Assembly (NCBI RefSeq): GCF_009914755.1
Contig: NC_060935.1
Origin: the human T2T-CHM13v2.0 reference genome, Homo sapiens
Reading direction: 5' to 3' (one strand)
Length of the DNA: 64,000 bases
Position 1 is the first letter of the stretch. Each line of letters begins with the position of its first letter. This document shows positions 16,529-33,592 of this stretch, one piece after another. The position numbers and the translations under genes were made by a program. The notes beneath the pieces are model-generated. The model was not told where the DNA came from. It did not search any database and saw nothing but the letters and a program-made list of their open reading frames with translations.

Positions 16529-18167
16529 TGAAGGGTGGATTTCTAAAAGCTTTCCTTCTGATGACTATGTGCTTCTTTGGGGGGAGTGGGGACTTTTAAA
16601 CATTTTTATAACCTCTTTAATATAAATAGGCACCCCAGTGTGATGAGGGGAAATGTCTGGAGTGGGTGGTGTTAAATACACCTCCTACCCCTGTCTCTAG
16701 CATCCCCGCAGATTTAGTTCTTTTTGTCACATGGAGTGTTGGATTCCTATGTTCTAACTTAAGGCAGGAATCAGGGCTTTTCCTGTTGGGAGTGTTAGTG
16801 GTGGGGGTAAATGGGGGGTTTCAGGATAGCCAGTGCTGCCTCTGCTTGGTCCCTGCTCTTTGAAAATGGCTTTTGTCTCAGTTTACAGTCTTTGGATTCT
16901 CTGAACTGCCCACCTTTCCCCACTCCTGAGTGTCCCAGACAGCTTACGATGGAGATGGACTTCTGAGGTTAGTTCTAGCCTGTCTCACTGAGCAGTCACT
17001 TTGCTCATGATTCCATGAGAGGGCAGTAGGATGGCAAGAATGCATCTCTTCTCGTCTCCTCCCTCCTCTCCTGCTTTCCAACTTAAACCCACTTCAAGTC
17101 TATTACAGACTGAAGAGAGAGAGGTTCATGGAACCGACACTGAACAGGGCGAGCAAATCCAGGAGGCTGAAGGGTAGGCGAGCAGACTTTATGTGGCCAT
17201 GTGGTGCTGGTGAAAAGCCCATCAGTGGATCAAAGGAGCAGGAGGGAGCCTGGGCTTAGAAATAACAGGATGATGTCAGTGCGATTGGAAAGTGCTAACA
17301 ACACTGGGGAGCTGTGCAAAGAATTGAGACCAACTGGGCAGGAATAAATCTGAAAAATAAATTGGACTGATGATCAGCTTGATGGGGGTCTCTGCAGAAC
17401 ACGGTCAGTGCACAGACATAGGTTCAGCTCCTTATCCTTCATGCCCTGTCCCCTGTGCTGTGTGGATTACAGGGGTCCTTGTCTTTGTGCTCTGGGCAGA
17501 AGAACCTCATGGCTTTTGGGGGGCATGTTAAATATTCATGAAATGATTCTTATAAGCTCTCTCCTGCTCTCTCCTCCTGCAGATGGTAAAGTCTTTTTTG
17601 AAAAAGCAGCAGAAATGTGCCTTGAGATGCTCAAGGACCTGGGGCTGTGAAAGGAGGAGACAGAAGGAATGTGAGCAGGGATGAGCTGAGGGCAACGCTG
17701 TGTTGAGACTGAGGCCCCGCCTTTGCCTGCATTTCCCACAGAGCCCAGGGCAGGAGACTGGACTTGGGTGCCCAGAGTGTATACCTGGTTGGAGCTTCAG
17801 GCCTTGGGCCAGGAGACAAGGGGGCAGGGGCCAGGTGAAGGGAGATGCTCATGGAGTTGGATGGCTTCTCCAGACACTCAGCTCATGTACATCCATTTGT
17901 GGATAATCTACAACAAATGCTTCACCTCCTTCTGCTTTCCCCACCCTTGAGGTGCTGTCCTGTGGTTGCAGTTAGTCAACATGGTGCAGAGAATGCAAGG
18001 TCATTCATTTTAATACTACCCACGTTTTACTGTTTTAGGTAAGGCAGACTAGCATGAGCCCATCATGTGAAAATTTTCTTTTGAAGAATTTAAGCATAAG
18101 AATTGAGCTGGGCCTAAGATTATTGCAATTTGGCTATATTCTCTCACGTGTAAGAATGGGAATCTCT

Positions 18168-18453
18168 CTCTTTTTAATTTTTTTTTATTATACTTTAAGT
18201 TTTAGGGTACATGTGCACAACGTGCAGGTTTGTTACATATGTATACATGTGCCATGTTGGTGTGCTGCACCCATTAACTCATCATTTAGCATTAGGTATC
18301 CTCTCCTTTTAATTTTTATTTTAAGTTCAGGGGTACCTGTGCAGGTTTGTTACATAGGTAAACTTGTGTCATAGGGGTTTGTTGTACAGATTATTTCATC
18401 ACCCAGGCATGAAGCCTAGTACCCGTTAGTTATTTTTCCTGATCCTCTCAAAG
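18168..18453 (-). mobile_element. Two nested truncated L1PA 3' ends (younger ~18170-18299, older ~18310-18449)
   Basis: ttatactttaagttttagggtacatgtgcacaacgtgc.. then ttttaagttcaggggtacctgtgcagg..; outer TSD atgggaatctct. Confidence 0.85.
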
Positions 18454-18689
18454 ATGGGAATCTCTACCTGTGTCCTGTATTCTCTGATTTTTGATAGGTT
18501 ACTTGTTTTTCCATCATCTTGAATAGTTAATTAATAGCTAACATTTGCTTAGCTATTTTTCATTTAATAAGCACTGTAATAAATATAGTCTAATCCCTAT
18601 ATAACCGTGTAAAGTAAATATTACATCTCCTTTTTGCAGGCTAGGAAGGGAAGCCTCAGCTCCGATCTTTTTATGACACACTTATTCAT

Positions 18690-19110
18690 ATTTAACAGTT
18701 TGGTCAACAAACCTTTACTAAGCACTTGTTATGTGCTAGAAACTAAGTACTGAGGACAATAGGGAGCTAATTTGGTGACAGAAACAGATAAGGAAATTAG
18801 CAAATACAATAGCTATTAAAGTATATGATGGGGAAGGCTCATTTCAGGTCAGCTGACCCAGGGATCAAGAAAGGCATCCTGGAAGAGGTGATGTGGTGAG
18901 GACCAGGGGGAGTGTGTCGGGGTAGTATGTGTGTATGTGTATTTTAGGAATTGCATGGCAAAGTACTGAGTTAGTGTGATGTTTATCCACAGGTGGGAGG
19001 AGAGGGTGTCTGAGGGTTTGCCTGGAGGTGAGCCATGAGAGGCAGGCAGGAGCTGGGCCTTAAGGGCTGTGGGCCAAGTAGGAGTTTAAATTTTATCCTG
19101 AAGGCAGTAG
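18690..19110. mobile_element. L2-like fragment
   Basis: caacaaacctttactaagcacttgttatgtgctag and ggagtttaaattttatcctgaaggcagtaggg resemble L2. Confidence 0.5.
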
Positions 19111-19839
19111 GGACTATTTATGGTCTGATACCTCCTTTGCCCTCGCATCTAAGGTGTATTGGTAGGCAGCCCTCTTAGGACCAGGTTTCACTCCCAACTT
19201 CAAGCCGGGGGGAGCCTTTCTTTAATCTTGGGATGAGCCTGGCCAGGGTGGGTTGGCCCTGCTTGCCGAGTGAGGGGGTGTGGTTGGCCCGGCACCCTTT
19301 GCCCACCCCAGGCAACTCCCACCTCCTTCTTGGAGTCCTTAGAACCCCACAGACTGGATATGAGCTTCTGCTGAGAATTGGCCTTTGGTTGTATAGAGAT
19401 GAGAAGGCCATTAGGCTCAGCCTGAAGCTGCTTCACTTGAAGAGGAGAAGTTTGTCTCCCTTCTCTTAGCCCAGTGGTCCTGGCAGATTTATTCCATGCT
19501 GGAGGTTAGGGATGCTGGGAGGGGTAGCACTGGCGGGTACCTGCATGCATGCTGCCAAGGCGTGAGCTTCCTTCGTGCCTTCTCTACTTTCCCTTCTGCA
19601 CTTCTTTCTGGGACAGGGTTGGGCCTGATGACAGTATCACCACTGTGTCTAGTGGCCTCTTTGCTTTGGGCAGTCAAGGCTCATAACCAAAGCCATTGGG
19701 AACATTTCACTTTTCTCAATATTAGCTCAATTCCTTGAGGGCAGGATCTATGGTTTGGCCATATTTGGATTCCCAAGGCAGTGTTTGGCACATAGAATGT
19801 GCTCAGTGAATGAATGTGTAAGTCTCATTACATAACGTA

Positions 19840-20100
19840 AGTTAACATTCGTGGGACACTGACAGTGTGCCAGTCACAACTCTGAGTTCCTTAACTCACT
19901 TGATGAGTGCTAATTCGTTTATTCTTCCCAACAACGCTCCTTATGGGGTAAGCACTACTACATCCCAGTATTTTAGTGAAAGAAACTGAGGCACATAGAA
20001 GTAAATAATTTGCCTAAGGTCACACATCTGTAAGTGTGGAGCCAAAATTTGAGCCTGGGCAGCCTCTGTCTCCAAAGCTGAGCTCTGAATGACTCTGCTT
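19840..20100. mobile_element. MIR
   Basis: gaaactgaggcacatagaagtaaataatttgcctaaggtcacac core. Confidence 0.7.
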
Positions 20101-21159
20101 TACTGACCTGTGTAATCATCCCTAGGAAGCCTGGGTTAGCTTGTCAGTGGGCTCTCAGGCTTGCAGGGAGAGGGTCATTTCTTTGGGCACAGCAGACACT
20201 TTAACAGAGCATCAATAAATGCCATGCTTAGGGCTTCTTCTTGGACCTCTCCACTCTCTAGTCATCATGGTCCTTGAGTCTTCAGAACAGGGAATCAGGA
20301 AGTCTTAAAAATCCCTCATTGGAAGTTATTCAGTCTGGCAGCCCAAGTGTTAGCACAGATGTTTTCTAGGAGGAAGGCTTCTCAGCCCAAGCCCAGCAGA
20401 GATTATTGGCTGTATTTCCAAGGGAGGGTTTTATTTTTCTCTTTTGACTGACTCTAAGGAATTTAGTGGAAGCAGCCTTGGGTTTTTACTAGTCTTTAAA
20501 GTGAGGTTTGTATGTGAGGAGCAGGGCTTGGCCACTGTAGAGACGCACTGCTCAGACCCTGCCAAGGGGAGCTTAGCAGATTGACAGCCTCCAGCACTGA
20601 CCTTTCTATCCACCCTGCTTCATGGAAGTGTTTCCTACTGGTGATGGGCACAACAGGGGTCTGAAAGCAGAGCCATTTCTGCAGATATGGGACTCCTCTA
20701 ATGGCAGCCTACTAGGCGACTCTGCTGGGCTGACCAAGACTTTCCCAGAACTAGAGAAAGTCTGGAGGCTCTGCTCACTTCCTTTATCCTTTATAGACAT
20801 CTCCCTTAAATCTCTTGTACATCTAACCCTAACTTGGCATCTGCTTCTCAGAGGGACCCAAGTCGGCAGTGCTCGGTGAGGATGCTGTCTCCGAGGCTGC
20901 TGCTGATCAGCATGTACCCAGGAGGCTTTAGGGGCGAAGAGGACTCTCCTGATAGTTTTTCCCCTGTTGCCTATTAAACATGAAAAATAGAAAATTGAGA
21001 CTTTGCTGCCTTTCTGTCACATGATGTTCCATCATCATCTTGAATAAACACTGGCTTTGGAGTCTGCAGTCTTCTGATGTGGCCAATGGGGCTGGAGCAA
21101 GACAGATTTATTACTTGAGGACATGACAGGTGGTGACAGAGTTGTATCGTCCAGTGTAG

Positions 21160-21724
<565 letters not shown>

Positions 21725-21728
21725 CTAG

Positions 21729-22133
<405 letters not shown>

Positions 22134-22444
22134 TAGGCAGGGGTTGGCTGTAGCCCTCTGCTGCTCTGTTCAGCCCTGGGCAGGGTCCTATCCCCACATC
22201 TTTATTACTGAGTCAGGAGCTTCATTTGCGTGTCCCTGCACTGGGCTGTCAGCATCAGCCAGAGCCCTTAATTGTGACAAATATGCCCAGACCCAGCAGG
22301 CAGTAAAATCCGGAATGAAGCTGCAGACCTGCTGGCACTCGAAATTGAGAGAAGAAATTTGCTTTTCCATTGGCACCCTCCTGGAATGTTCATTTTCTTT
22401 TCTCCTGCTTACATCCTCTCCTGCTTCCTACCTCCCTCTTGTAC

Positions 22445-23365
<921 letters not shown>

Positions 23366-23735
23366 TTCCCTTGTACTTCTTGACATCAGTTTGGGGGCAG
23401 TCGTGGTTGCAGCAGTCTGAGTTTCTATAGAGAGAGAACATTGTGTGTCGTGACGAGATGGGGGTGGTCGGGGCAGTAGGTACCACATTTGGCTGTGTTC
23501 TGCCCCAGCGTAGGTAGATTAGGTGACAAGAAGACCCTTCTCGTCCATTTTTGTGGCTTTTTCTGAATGATCCCAAGACATGGGAGTGGTTGCTTTGGCA
23601 AGATCAGGTCAGTGACCAAAATGGACAGAAGTAAGCCTGAATGGGGAGATCCTTTGGCCTTTTAGATTTTTCAACCCTTAGTCCTATTCCTCCTCCAGGT
23701 AGATGATGAGGGAATTCATTTAAAGAGCTTTTATC

Positions 23736-24035
<300 letters not shown>

Positions 24036-24399
24036 CTATTTCCTGGGAAAGATGTTCTCCTTCTGTTTTTTAGGATAGCATCAGACTTCGGTACTGCCAC
24101 CTTTCTAACCGTCTCTGCTACTCTTGGCTCCCCTTACTCATGCAAGTCCTTGCTGATCTGATTCAGAGTGTGGTTGTCTCTACTCAGCGGGCTGCCCAGC
24201 CCCAGTGGGGCGGAGGCTGTGCACATGTCCAGAGAGAATGGCGGGGTCCACAGGCCTCGTTTAGGTTTTCAAGAAGAGTGGATTTCAGTTTGACCTGAGC
24301 CCTATATTGGCCCCATGGCCTGAACAGAATTCCCTGGGTAGGGACCATGACTCTTTGTGCTCTGCTCTGAGGGATTTCTCTGTGGGTCTGTCTCTCCAG

Positions 24400-24480
24400 G
24401 AACTGGAAATTAGTGAACACATGAAGGAACCACAGCTCTCAGACTCCATAGCTTCTGACCCCAAGTCCTTCCATGGCCTG
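24400..24480 (+). CDS. CEP164: CEP164 exon 10
   Basis: tccag|GAA CTG..GGC CTG|gtgagt; 81 nt; ELEISEH..SFHGL. Confidence 0.96.
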
Positions 24481-26356
24481 GTGAGTTTGAGATGAGGGCA
24501 GTAGAGTGGTGGTGAAGAGCATAGATTTGTGAGCCTCCAGGGTTAAGTAATTTGCCTAGCATCACGCAGCTTATAAGTGGGAGAATTTCGAACTCATGCT
24601 TGAGTCTTGTCTAGCTCCAGTTTCTCAACCCATTAACTAAGGGTAATACTTCCTATTTTATAGGTTTGTTGTGAGAAGAAAGTGAGGCAGAGAATGTAAA
24701 ATGTTAGCATATAAACATTAATAATATAATTATATATATAATAACATTAAAATGTTAGCTATTATTACTCTCACTATTGTGTGAGTTGCCTGTGTGATCA
24801 TGTGAGTTACCATGAGCCTAGGAGGTTAGAGACTGGTGTGTTTGTGTTTATGGGATCACTGAGCTGTGGCGAGGACAGTCCCCAGGCTCAGGCCAGGAGG
24901 GATGCCATGGCTTCATTTCTAAAGTTAAGGCTTTGTCTTGGAATGCCGGCATCCATGGTTTCTTTGTCCCAGACCTTCTACCCAGCCTGCTGTATCCTGG
25001 TTTCATTTGCCAGGTCTGTACCTAAGGGGAATAGTTCAGGGTGCTTTTTGGCAGAGCATTACCTCCAGAAGCCATCCTCCATCTGTTTGGAGGAGGCAGA
25101 TCAAAGGGAAGGGATTAGTGGGAGAGGGTCAGGGATGAACAGTAATGATATGAGGGGGTGCAGAAGAATTAGGAAGCTGTGTGTGCTCGCCTCTCACTGA
25201 GCCATGGGCTTAGAAGGCAGATGGCAGCTGCATTAAGTGAAGTAGAACTCAAACTGAAAGGAAAATGTCACCAAAAAAGAAGAAAAACCCACAAGCTAGA
25301 AAGGGAAGGCAAAAAGTCGTTGTTGGCAAAAACTGTCCATGAAGAATCGCCATGTCACAGCTCTCTCGGAAGCAAGGGGGCTGGCTCTTCTAAAGCAGTC
25401 ACCCATGTGGAGAAACGTGCCCATCAGCGTTTTTCTTCTCTATGGAAGTAGATGGAGGAGGCTGTGGACAGCAGGACCAGACTTTGTCTGGGCGTCCCAC
25501 CATTAATCAGGGCTGATGTGACAGAACTCTCCCCATTAACATGCTGTTGGGTAGCAGTCCTTCACTTAGCCCAGCAGGGATCTTAGGCTCAGAGAGGGTG
25601 GGATCGTGGGCCTGTGGCAGCCAAAGGACAGCAACAAACTGGCACCAGTGTGGGCACTTGCTGCCTGTCCCAAAGAGAAGCCAGTGCAGGAATCATCACT
25701 AATTAACTCTCATTGTCCAGAGGGGAACCTGTATGGAAAGGGGATGGAACGAGCTGGAAAGAGCCCACCAAGGCTCATTTCCAAACTGCCCACAGGTTTT
25801 CTGGGGATGTTGGCATCTCTTCTCATGCCTGGTTGGGCACCACGGAGAGGGAGAGACAGCTGGAAAGTGACATCCTTCGCAGCATGTGTCATGGAAAGAG
25901 CTTGGGCTTTGGAGTCAGTGCGGGGCCCCATCTGACCCCCAGGCCCCTTGCTTATCAGCTGTGTGACCCTGGGCGAGTTATATGTGCTCTCCAACCTGCT
26001 TCCTTATCTGTGGGATGAGGGAAAGAGTTTTAGTCTCACAGGGTTATTTTTTCCCCATAATTTTCTTATGAAAAGTTTCAAATATATGGAACAATTAAAA
26101 AAATTGTACAGTGAATACCCACATACTCACCATCTATAGGCCACAATTAACATTTTACCATACTTGCTTGACATATCTTTCCATTGAGTCACAGTGTCAT
26201 TTTGAAGATGAAATTAGTAGATGTTGAAATGTTTGGCACAGAGCTGGGCACATAATAGACATCTTTCTGGAAAGTGGAGTTGGGGTAGTGAAGAGGCCTG
26301 GTGGGTGTTGACTGTGACAGAGGCAGAGTTGACCTTTGCATCTCCACTGTCTCCAG

Positions 26357-26440
26357 GACTTCGGTTTTCGCAGCCGGATCTCGGAGCACCTGCTGGATGT
26401 TGATGTGCTTTCCCCAGTCCTGGGTGGAGCTTGTCGGCAG
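26357..26440 (+). CDS. CEP164: CEP164 exon 11
   Basis: tccag|GAC TTC GGT..CGG CAG|gtgagt; 84 nt; DFGFRSR..GACRQ. Confidence 0.96.
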
Positions 26441-27244
26441 GTGAGTTTCTGTGGGTGGTGGGCTGAGCTGGGGCCTCATTTTCCCTCACAACTTTTTCGG
26501 ATGACCCAGAACTGAGCCCTGCCCATCACAGGGTGCATTTCTGTAAGTCCTCTCCCTTCTAATTCATTAAGGCATGGTCCTGACTGCCTTTCACGGGGCT
26601 TCTGACCATTCCTGCATTGTTGCTATAAATTAAAGCCCTCTTCCACCATGTATTTATCCATTTATCCACTCATTCAGCAGCTGAAGAGTGGACTGTCTGC
26701 TCATGTGCAAAGCGCTGTGTAGATTGTAGATTTCAAGGCACTTCCCATCCTGGCCCATTCATCCTCTTTACATGCCCAGCCCACCTGCTGCTCACCAGCT
26801 GGATCTGCTGCTCGCTATTGCTGGGGCACACTCCACCTCCGCCACGCCTCTGCCTGCCACTCTGCTTTCCCATTTTTCCCAGCAAGCTCTTTTTTGGTCC
26901 TGGAGGTTCACCTCTGACACCTCCTCCTCAAATGGGATGAATTGTTCCCTTTCTTTGCTCCGTTTAGTCACTCTTGTTTTGTTTGATGGTTGTTTGTCTG
27001 TCTCCCCTGCCAGATGTTAGCTCTGTGTGGGCATGGATGATGATTGACCCATGTGTGGTACAAAGATGGCTCAAACAGAGATCCTGTCCTTAAGGAGCTT
27101 CAAGCCAAGAAGACTTTTCTTTTTCTTTGTGGATTGGTTAGAAGAGCAGTTCTGGCACATGATCTCTGCAAGTGTAAGGGAACATTTGGTTTGGGCAAAA
27201 TGGAAATTTGTTGGGTGAAACAAACAAGATGTTTAATACGAACC

Positions 27245-27316
27245 CAGCCTTGGAGCCTTTAGTGAAATGTGTGCTAGAGGCAGCCTTGGAGCCTTTAGTG
27301 AAATGTGTGCTAGAGG
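27245..27316. repeat. Perfect 36-bp tandem duplication
   Basis: cagccttggagcctttagtgaaatgtgtgctagagg x2. Confidence 0.95.
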
Positions 27317-27780
27317 CAGGCCAGTTGCATTTGAGCCCAACATGTTCCTCTCAGCTCTGGCTGATAAAACCTTTCTGGGCCACTGTCCAGCTACCAGGTC
27401 CTTGTTGGATCTTGGTCATCCTGTTTGCAGTGCTAAAGAGATGTGAAGGCACAGTCAAAGGAAGGTGGGATTAGTCAGGAAAGGTTTGGAGCAGGCGAAT
27501 TGTGAGGCTCCTTTGGCAGTAGGTGAGTGGGAAAGTTACTGAGTCAGTGCAGTGGAGGTGGATTCCATTGTTTGGGGTCCAACACCTGGCCAGTATCAGA
27601 ATTACTTGGGAGCTTGAAAAAAAGACAGATTTCTGGGTCTACCTAAGACCTGATGTGGCCAGCAGCCTCTTTTTGGGCTATGCCACTTGCTGTAACGCAG
27701 TAGCAGGACCTGACTTGGTTTTGGTTCTCACGAAGTGCAGCCTCCTGAGGTGGCCATCCCTGGCAGAGGAAGCCCTAAGC

Positions 27781-28044
27781 CAGCGGTCCCCAACCTTTTT
27801 GGCATCAGGGACCAGTTTCTTGGAAGACAGTTTTTCCAGATGGGGCCAGGGGTGGGGGCATTAGATTCTCATGAGGAGTGCGCAACCTAGATCCCTTGCA
27901 TGCACAGATCACGATAGGGTTCATGCTCCTGTCAGAACCCAGTGCCACTGCTGATCTGACAGGAGGTGGAGCTCAGGTGATAATGTTTGCTTGCCTGCCC
28001 ACTGTTCACCCCCTGCTCTGTGGCCTGGGGGTTGGGGACCCCTC
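27781..28044 (-). mobile_element. MER1B (hAT-Charlie non-autonomous DNA transposon)
   Basis: TIRs cagcggtccccaacc / ggttggggacccct; 8-bp TSD ccctaagc at 27773-27780 and 28045-28052. Confidence 0.88.
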
Positions 28045-28349
28045 CCCTAAGCTATACCTTGTGACCTGCCTGTTGTGATGTGGGTAACAGTGCTCAGTGT
28101 GGCTGACCAAGTAGCCAAGCCTTTGCAGGCTCAGCTTCCAGCTGTCTGCCATCTCTGGGGGTGGAGGGGTCGAGATGGGGAGGTGGAGCTGGAGGAGAGA
28201 GCAGCAGCCCCTTCATGGGACAGAACTGTAGATGCCATCTTCTGTTCTTCCTGTGCGCTCTTGCCCATTTTGCCGTATTTTCCATGTCTCTCTCAAGGGC
28301 AGGACCAGGGCAGAAGGCTTATAACTGAGCTATACTAGTTTTTGTTCAT

Positions 28350-29185
28350 TTAAAATATTTGCAATGCAGCTTTATTGAGATAAAATTGACATACAATAAA
28401 CTGCACATTTATTTGATAAGTTTTACCGTATTATATACCTTCACAACCATCACCACAAAAAACGATTATAATGAATTAGACATAATACATTTCTTTCTTT
28501 CTTTCTTTTCTTTTCTTTCTTTTTTTGAGATGGAGTTTCCCTCTGTTACCTAGGCTGGAGTGCAGTGTCATGATCTTGGCTCACTGCAACCTCCATCTCC
28601 TGGGTTCAAGCGATTCTCCTGTCTCAGCCTCCCCAAGTAGCTGGGACTACAGGCATCCACCACCATGCCCGGCTAATTTTTTTTTTTTTGTATTTTTAGT
28701 AGAGATGAGGTTTCCCCATGTTGGCCAGGCTGGTCTCGAACTCTTGACCTCAGGTGATCTGCCCGCCTTGGCCCCCCAAAGTGCTGGGATTACAGGCATG
28801 AGCCACCGTGCTCGGCAAACATAATACATTTCATAATGAATTAGAAAAGTGATTATAAAATTGTTTCAAGTAATACAGAAGATCCAAGTTCTCAGCTTCC
28901 TGTAGCCTTACACAGGCAGGGACTATGGATAGTTCCCATTCACATTTTTCATGTACCTTTCCAGAAAATTTTCTGTGTACATATAAGCATATATCTATTT
29001 TCTCTTATCTTTTTTCTTCCCATAAAAATTGGGATTGTGCTACCTAAACTGCATGGTGATGTGCTCTTTAAATTTGAGAATAGGCACTTGACTTATTTCT
29101 GAGTTATTTCATTTAGATCTACCATATTCTTTTTGTTGGCTGCACAGTCTTCTGCTGTATGAATACACCATGGTTTATTTAACTG
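28350..29185 (-). mobile_element. Old L1M fragments with an inserted Alu (28494-28818)
   Basis: cagctttattgagataaaattgacatacaataaactgcac; Alu TSD acataatacattt. Confidence 0.7.
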
Positions 29186-31013
29186 AGGACTGCATCTTAA
29201 ATGAAAACAAGACCCTAGAGCCAAGTTAAGGAGAGGGAAATGGTATTTTAGGCCAGAGGCTTAGGATGTGCGATTGTCTCCCCTTTCTGAAGAATGCTGA
29301 CCTTGGCTGCTTTCCTCATCTGGATCCTTTGCTTCCTTTTCTGGAGCAAAAAAGTTAAGGAAGAGGACCCTCTCTATCAAGAGGACCGTCCATCTGGGTA
29401 TTTCCCCGAGGATCCCCTTTTCTCTGTCAGTGGGGGATAGTTCAGTTTCTCACAGAAATATAGGTGAAACAAGAAGGCAGAGGCCAGAAAGCCATGGTCT
29501 GCAGCCAGCCCTCCTGTCTGCTGCCTTTTTTCTTATGGTGTATGGCTGATAGCCCCGGAGTCCTTTCTGACTCAGGGCTCAGTCCCCCTATTTTTATTAC
29601 TATCACCCCCACTTCATTACTCATCTTATATTTTAGTTTGTTAAATGGAGTGGGCCTGTCACCTCGACAGGTGAGAGAGGGAGATATTTGATGAGCATGG
29701 TGTGGTCTGTGGGGGAAGACAAGTTGTGAGTTGCACCCTCGAAGGGGAAAGAGGTGGGGCAGGAAAGGCTGCGTGCCCTGCCATTGTCTGCAGGCTCTGC
29801 CCGTGCTGATGTGATGAGGAGTGGCAGCCCTGGCAGGGAGCCCTTCTGCTACAGGCACCGGGAGGTACTCACAGGCAGCATTTCTATTTTTAATGTAATT
29901 TGGGGGAGCTGGGTTTTAGTTCAAGCCCTGCCCTTCCTCACCCATCCAGATGGCAGGGTTAGCCACAGCTGCTGGGGCTTAGGCTGCCAGTGGAGAGGTA
30001 TGGGGGCTGTGGGCACAGGGCTGGGGACCCTACTGGGAAAGATGGAGTGAGCTGTCTCCCGCCCCACCTCTCCTGTTGACCCTGTGTCCCAGAACAGACG
30101 GGGCTCCTGTCGGTGTGACAGAAGGAGTGCAGGTCCTAGGATGGGGACTGGCACTGGCAGAGTCTTTTCTTTTTGTTTTTTACCTTAGGCTGGGGGAGAG
30201 GGAGAGGAATGTGGGAAGAGGAGCTAACATTGATGGCGTGCCTTCTTTGGGTCACGAGCTGGGCCTTACGTATATGAGCTGATTTAATCCTCACCAGAAG
30301 CCCTGTGAGTTGCAGTTTGCTATCCCATTTTATACAGTGGAGGAGACAGACTTCCTAGGCAGGAAGAGCTAGAACAAAGGGTTGACCCCAGGCCGACTAC
30401 ACTACTGTACCTCTGTGGAAAATATTTGAAATGATCATGAATATTTCTCCCCTCCAGGCTGGGTGACAAAGTGAGACCTTGCCTCAAAGAATAGTTCTTC
30501 CTTTTTTTTTTTTTTTTTTTTTTTAAACCAACTTGCTAAATGTCACTAGTCACCCAAGCTTTAAAATGAGATTTTTGTTCTGTTTTGTTTTGTTTTTGAT
30601 GGATGATGTAATTGCTGACTGGGAAGGGGGCATCATTGTCTGCTGATGGGGCCAGGGTGCTTGCGGGGACCCTGAATGTAGCGAAGGAGCACTTTGTCTT
30701 CCTTCCTCCAGGTGCCAGGTGGTGCCCTTTTTGTCTCTGGCACAGCTGTCTCTCTCATTCTACCAGGACTCCATCTCTCCAGGACTTATCCTTTCTCATG
30801 TGCTTGCCTGTGGCCCCCGATTCTGCCCTCGTAATTTCAGCACGCTTGTCATTCACTGGCACTGCTAATCTGGGCCTCTGTGGATTTGGGGTACTCATGG
30901 ATTTCTCTGCTTTCTCTGCACAGCTCACAGTGCAGGCTTCCAGCAGCAGGAGGCAGGATTTTCTTTTTCTTGTGTGTTCTCCTTCAGCCTCTGGCTCCTG
31001 ACTCTCTGTGTAG

Positions 31014-31469
<456 letters not shown>

Positions 31470-31499
31470 TGATGAACTGGCTGGATGGCCTTGCAGGGT

Positions 31500-31572
31500 C
31501 TGTGTGTGCACATGCGTGTGTATATGTGTGTGCACGTGTGTGTACTGGCAATGTGTGTATATGTTTGCATGC
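31500..31572 (+). repeat. Degenerate (TG)n repeat
   Basis: tgtgtgtgcacatgcgtgtgtatatgtgtgtgcacgtgtgtgt.. Confidence 0.85.
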
Positions 31573-32140
31573 ATGAGCAGACCCTTTGTTTCTTCACCAA
31601 GATGGGAATGTGAAGTGCCACTGGGTACAATTGGCAGGACTCTGGGCACCATTGTGGGGCCAGGGCTGATGAAGCTGTGTGTGTGCCTGGTTATGGGCCA
31701 GGGCTGAAGAAACCTTGTGGAGGTCTGGAGGAGTCGCATTGGAGGGTTGGTACTGCAGCTCAAGAGTTCTGAGCCAGGGCCCTGCCACATCAGAAATGGC
31801 TGTAGCTATCTGTGAGAGTGCAACTGTGTGTGATGTGACAGGGGCTCTCAGCTTCTCCGGCCTGAGCCCCATGACAAGGGCTGCCACCCTAGAAGGGGAA
31901 GGAGAATGGTCATTTCACTTTTGGACCTGCAAAAACTATCCATGACAGCTTCATGCATTTTTCTAGTTTGACCTCTTGAGTCTGGCTTCTCTTTTTCTCC
32001 CCACTTAGTTCTTCCACCCCTCCCTGGCCCCAGTGCTGGTGAGCTCTGGGGATGGGTATACTTGTGAGTGTGTCCTGCTCTTACTCCTGAACCAAGCAGA
32101 GGCAGTATAGGGACCCCTGTGGAGCCTGACTCCAGTCTAG

Positions 32141-32518
<378 letters not shown>

Positions 32519-33391
32519 TAAGGATGAGGGGAAGCATCCTCATGAGGATGAGGGCTGGTGGCTGCTCTGTGTGTAGTGGGTATGTGTGCTAGTGCTGAGA
32601 GAGATGGGGGTGGGGTTGGCTTGGGGAGGGAGTGGGGAGCTGGGGCGGGTTTGTAGCCTCAGCAGCAGCAGCAGCAGAGGCTCTGCTTAGTGTCCCATGG
32701 GATCTGGATATGAGGAAATGTGCCTCTTCCTAGTCCTCAGTCTACAGCTGAAATCAGGGTATGTGGTCTGATTAGAGGAACTTAGAAACTCTTGAATAAG
32801 GAGGTGTCTCTTTTGTCACAGCTGCCTCCCTGCAAGGGGCTGGAGCAGAGACTGGTATCACCCTGGCTGCTCCATTCCTGTCAGGGAAGCCCTTTCTCTA
32901 GTCCCCTCCCTACCAGCACCCCTGTTTCCAATAGTCATCCTACTTCTTGTCATTCAGCAACCCCAGCTGGAGCCCTGTTATGTGCTCGGCCCAGGGAGAG
33001 GGAAGCCCAGATAACTCTGGGTCCAGCTGAGAGGACCTTTTTTCTTAGCCTAGTCAAGAGCGTGGTGGACATTTGCTAGTTGTCTGTCCCCCTAGCAAGA
33101 GAAACATGCTGGTCTTAGAATTCATTGGGTTGGAATGAGTCACTAGGGAACCTGAGCAGCATCGATGTGCAATCAACAGCATCCACTGAACACCTGCTGT
33201 GTACGGAGCTCCTGGGGTACCATAACCATCTTGCTTCCATTGTGAGGCAGGAGTCTCTAGTCTTTGATGCAAATAATTCAGGGAGAGGAAGGGCGGGGAG
33301 AGGGAGGTCTAAGACCCGAGGTAGGGAAATTGTTGGGCTGTCTCTCTTGTCTCTGTCATAGCTCTTTGACCCCAAATGGCGTACATCTTAA

Positions 33392-33592
<201 letters not shown>

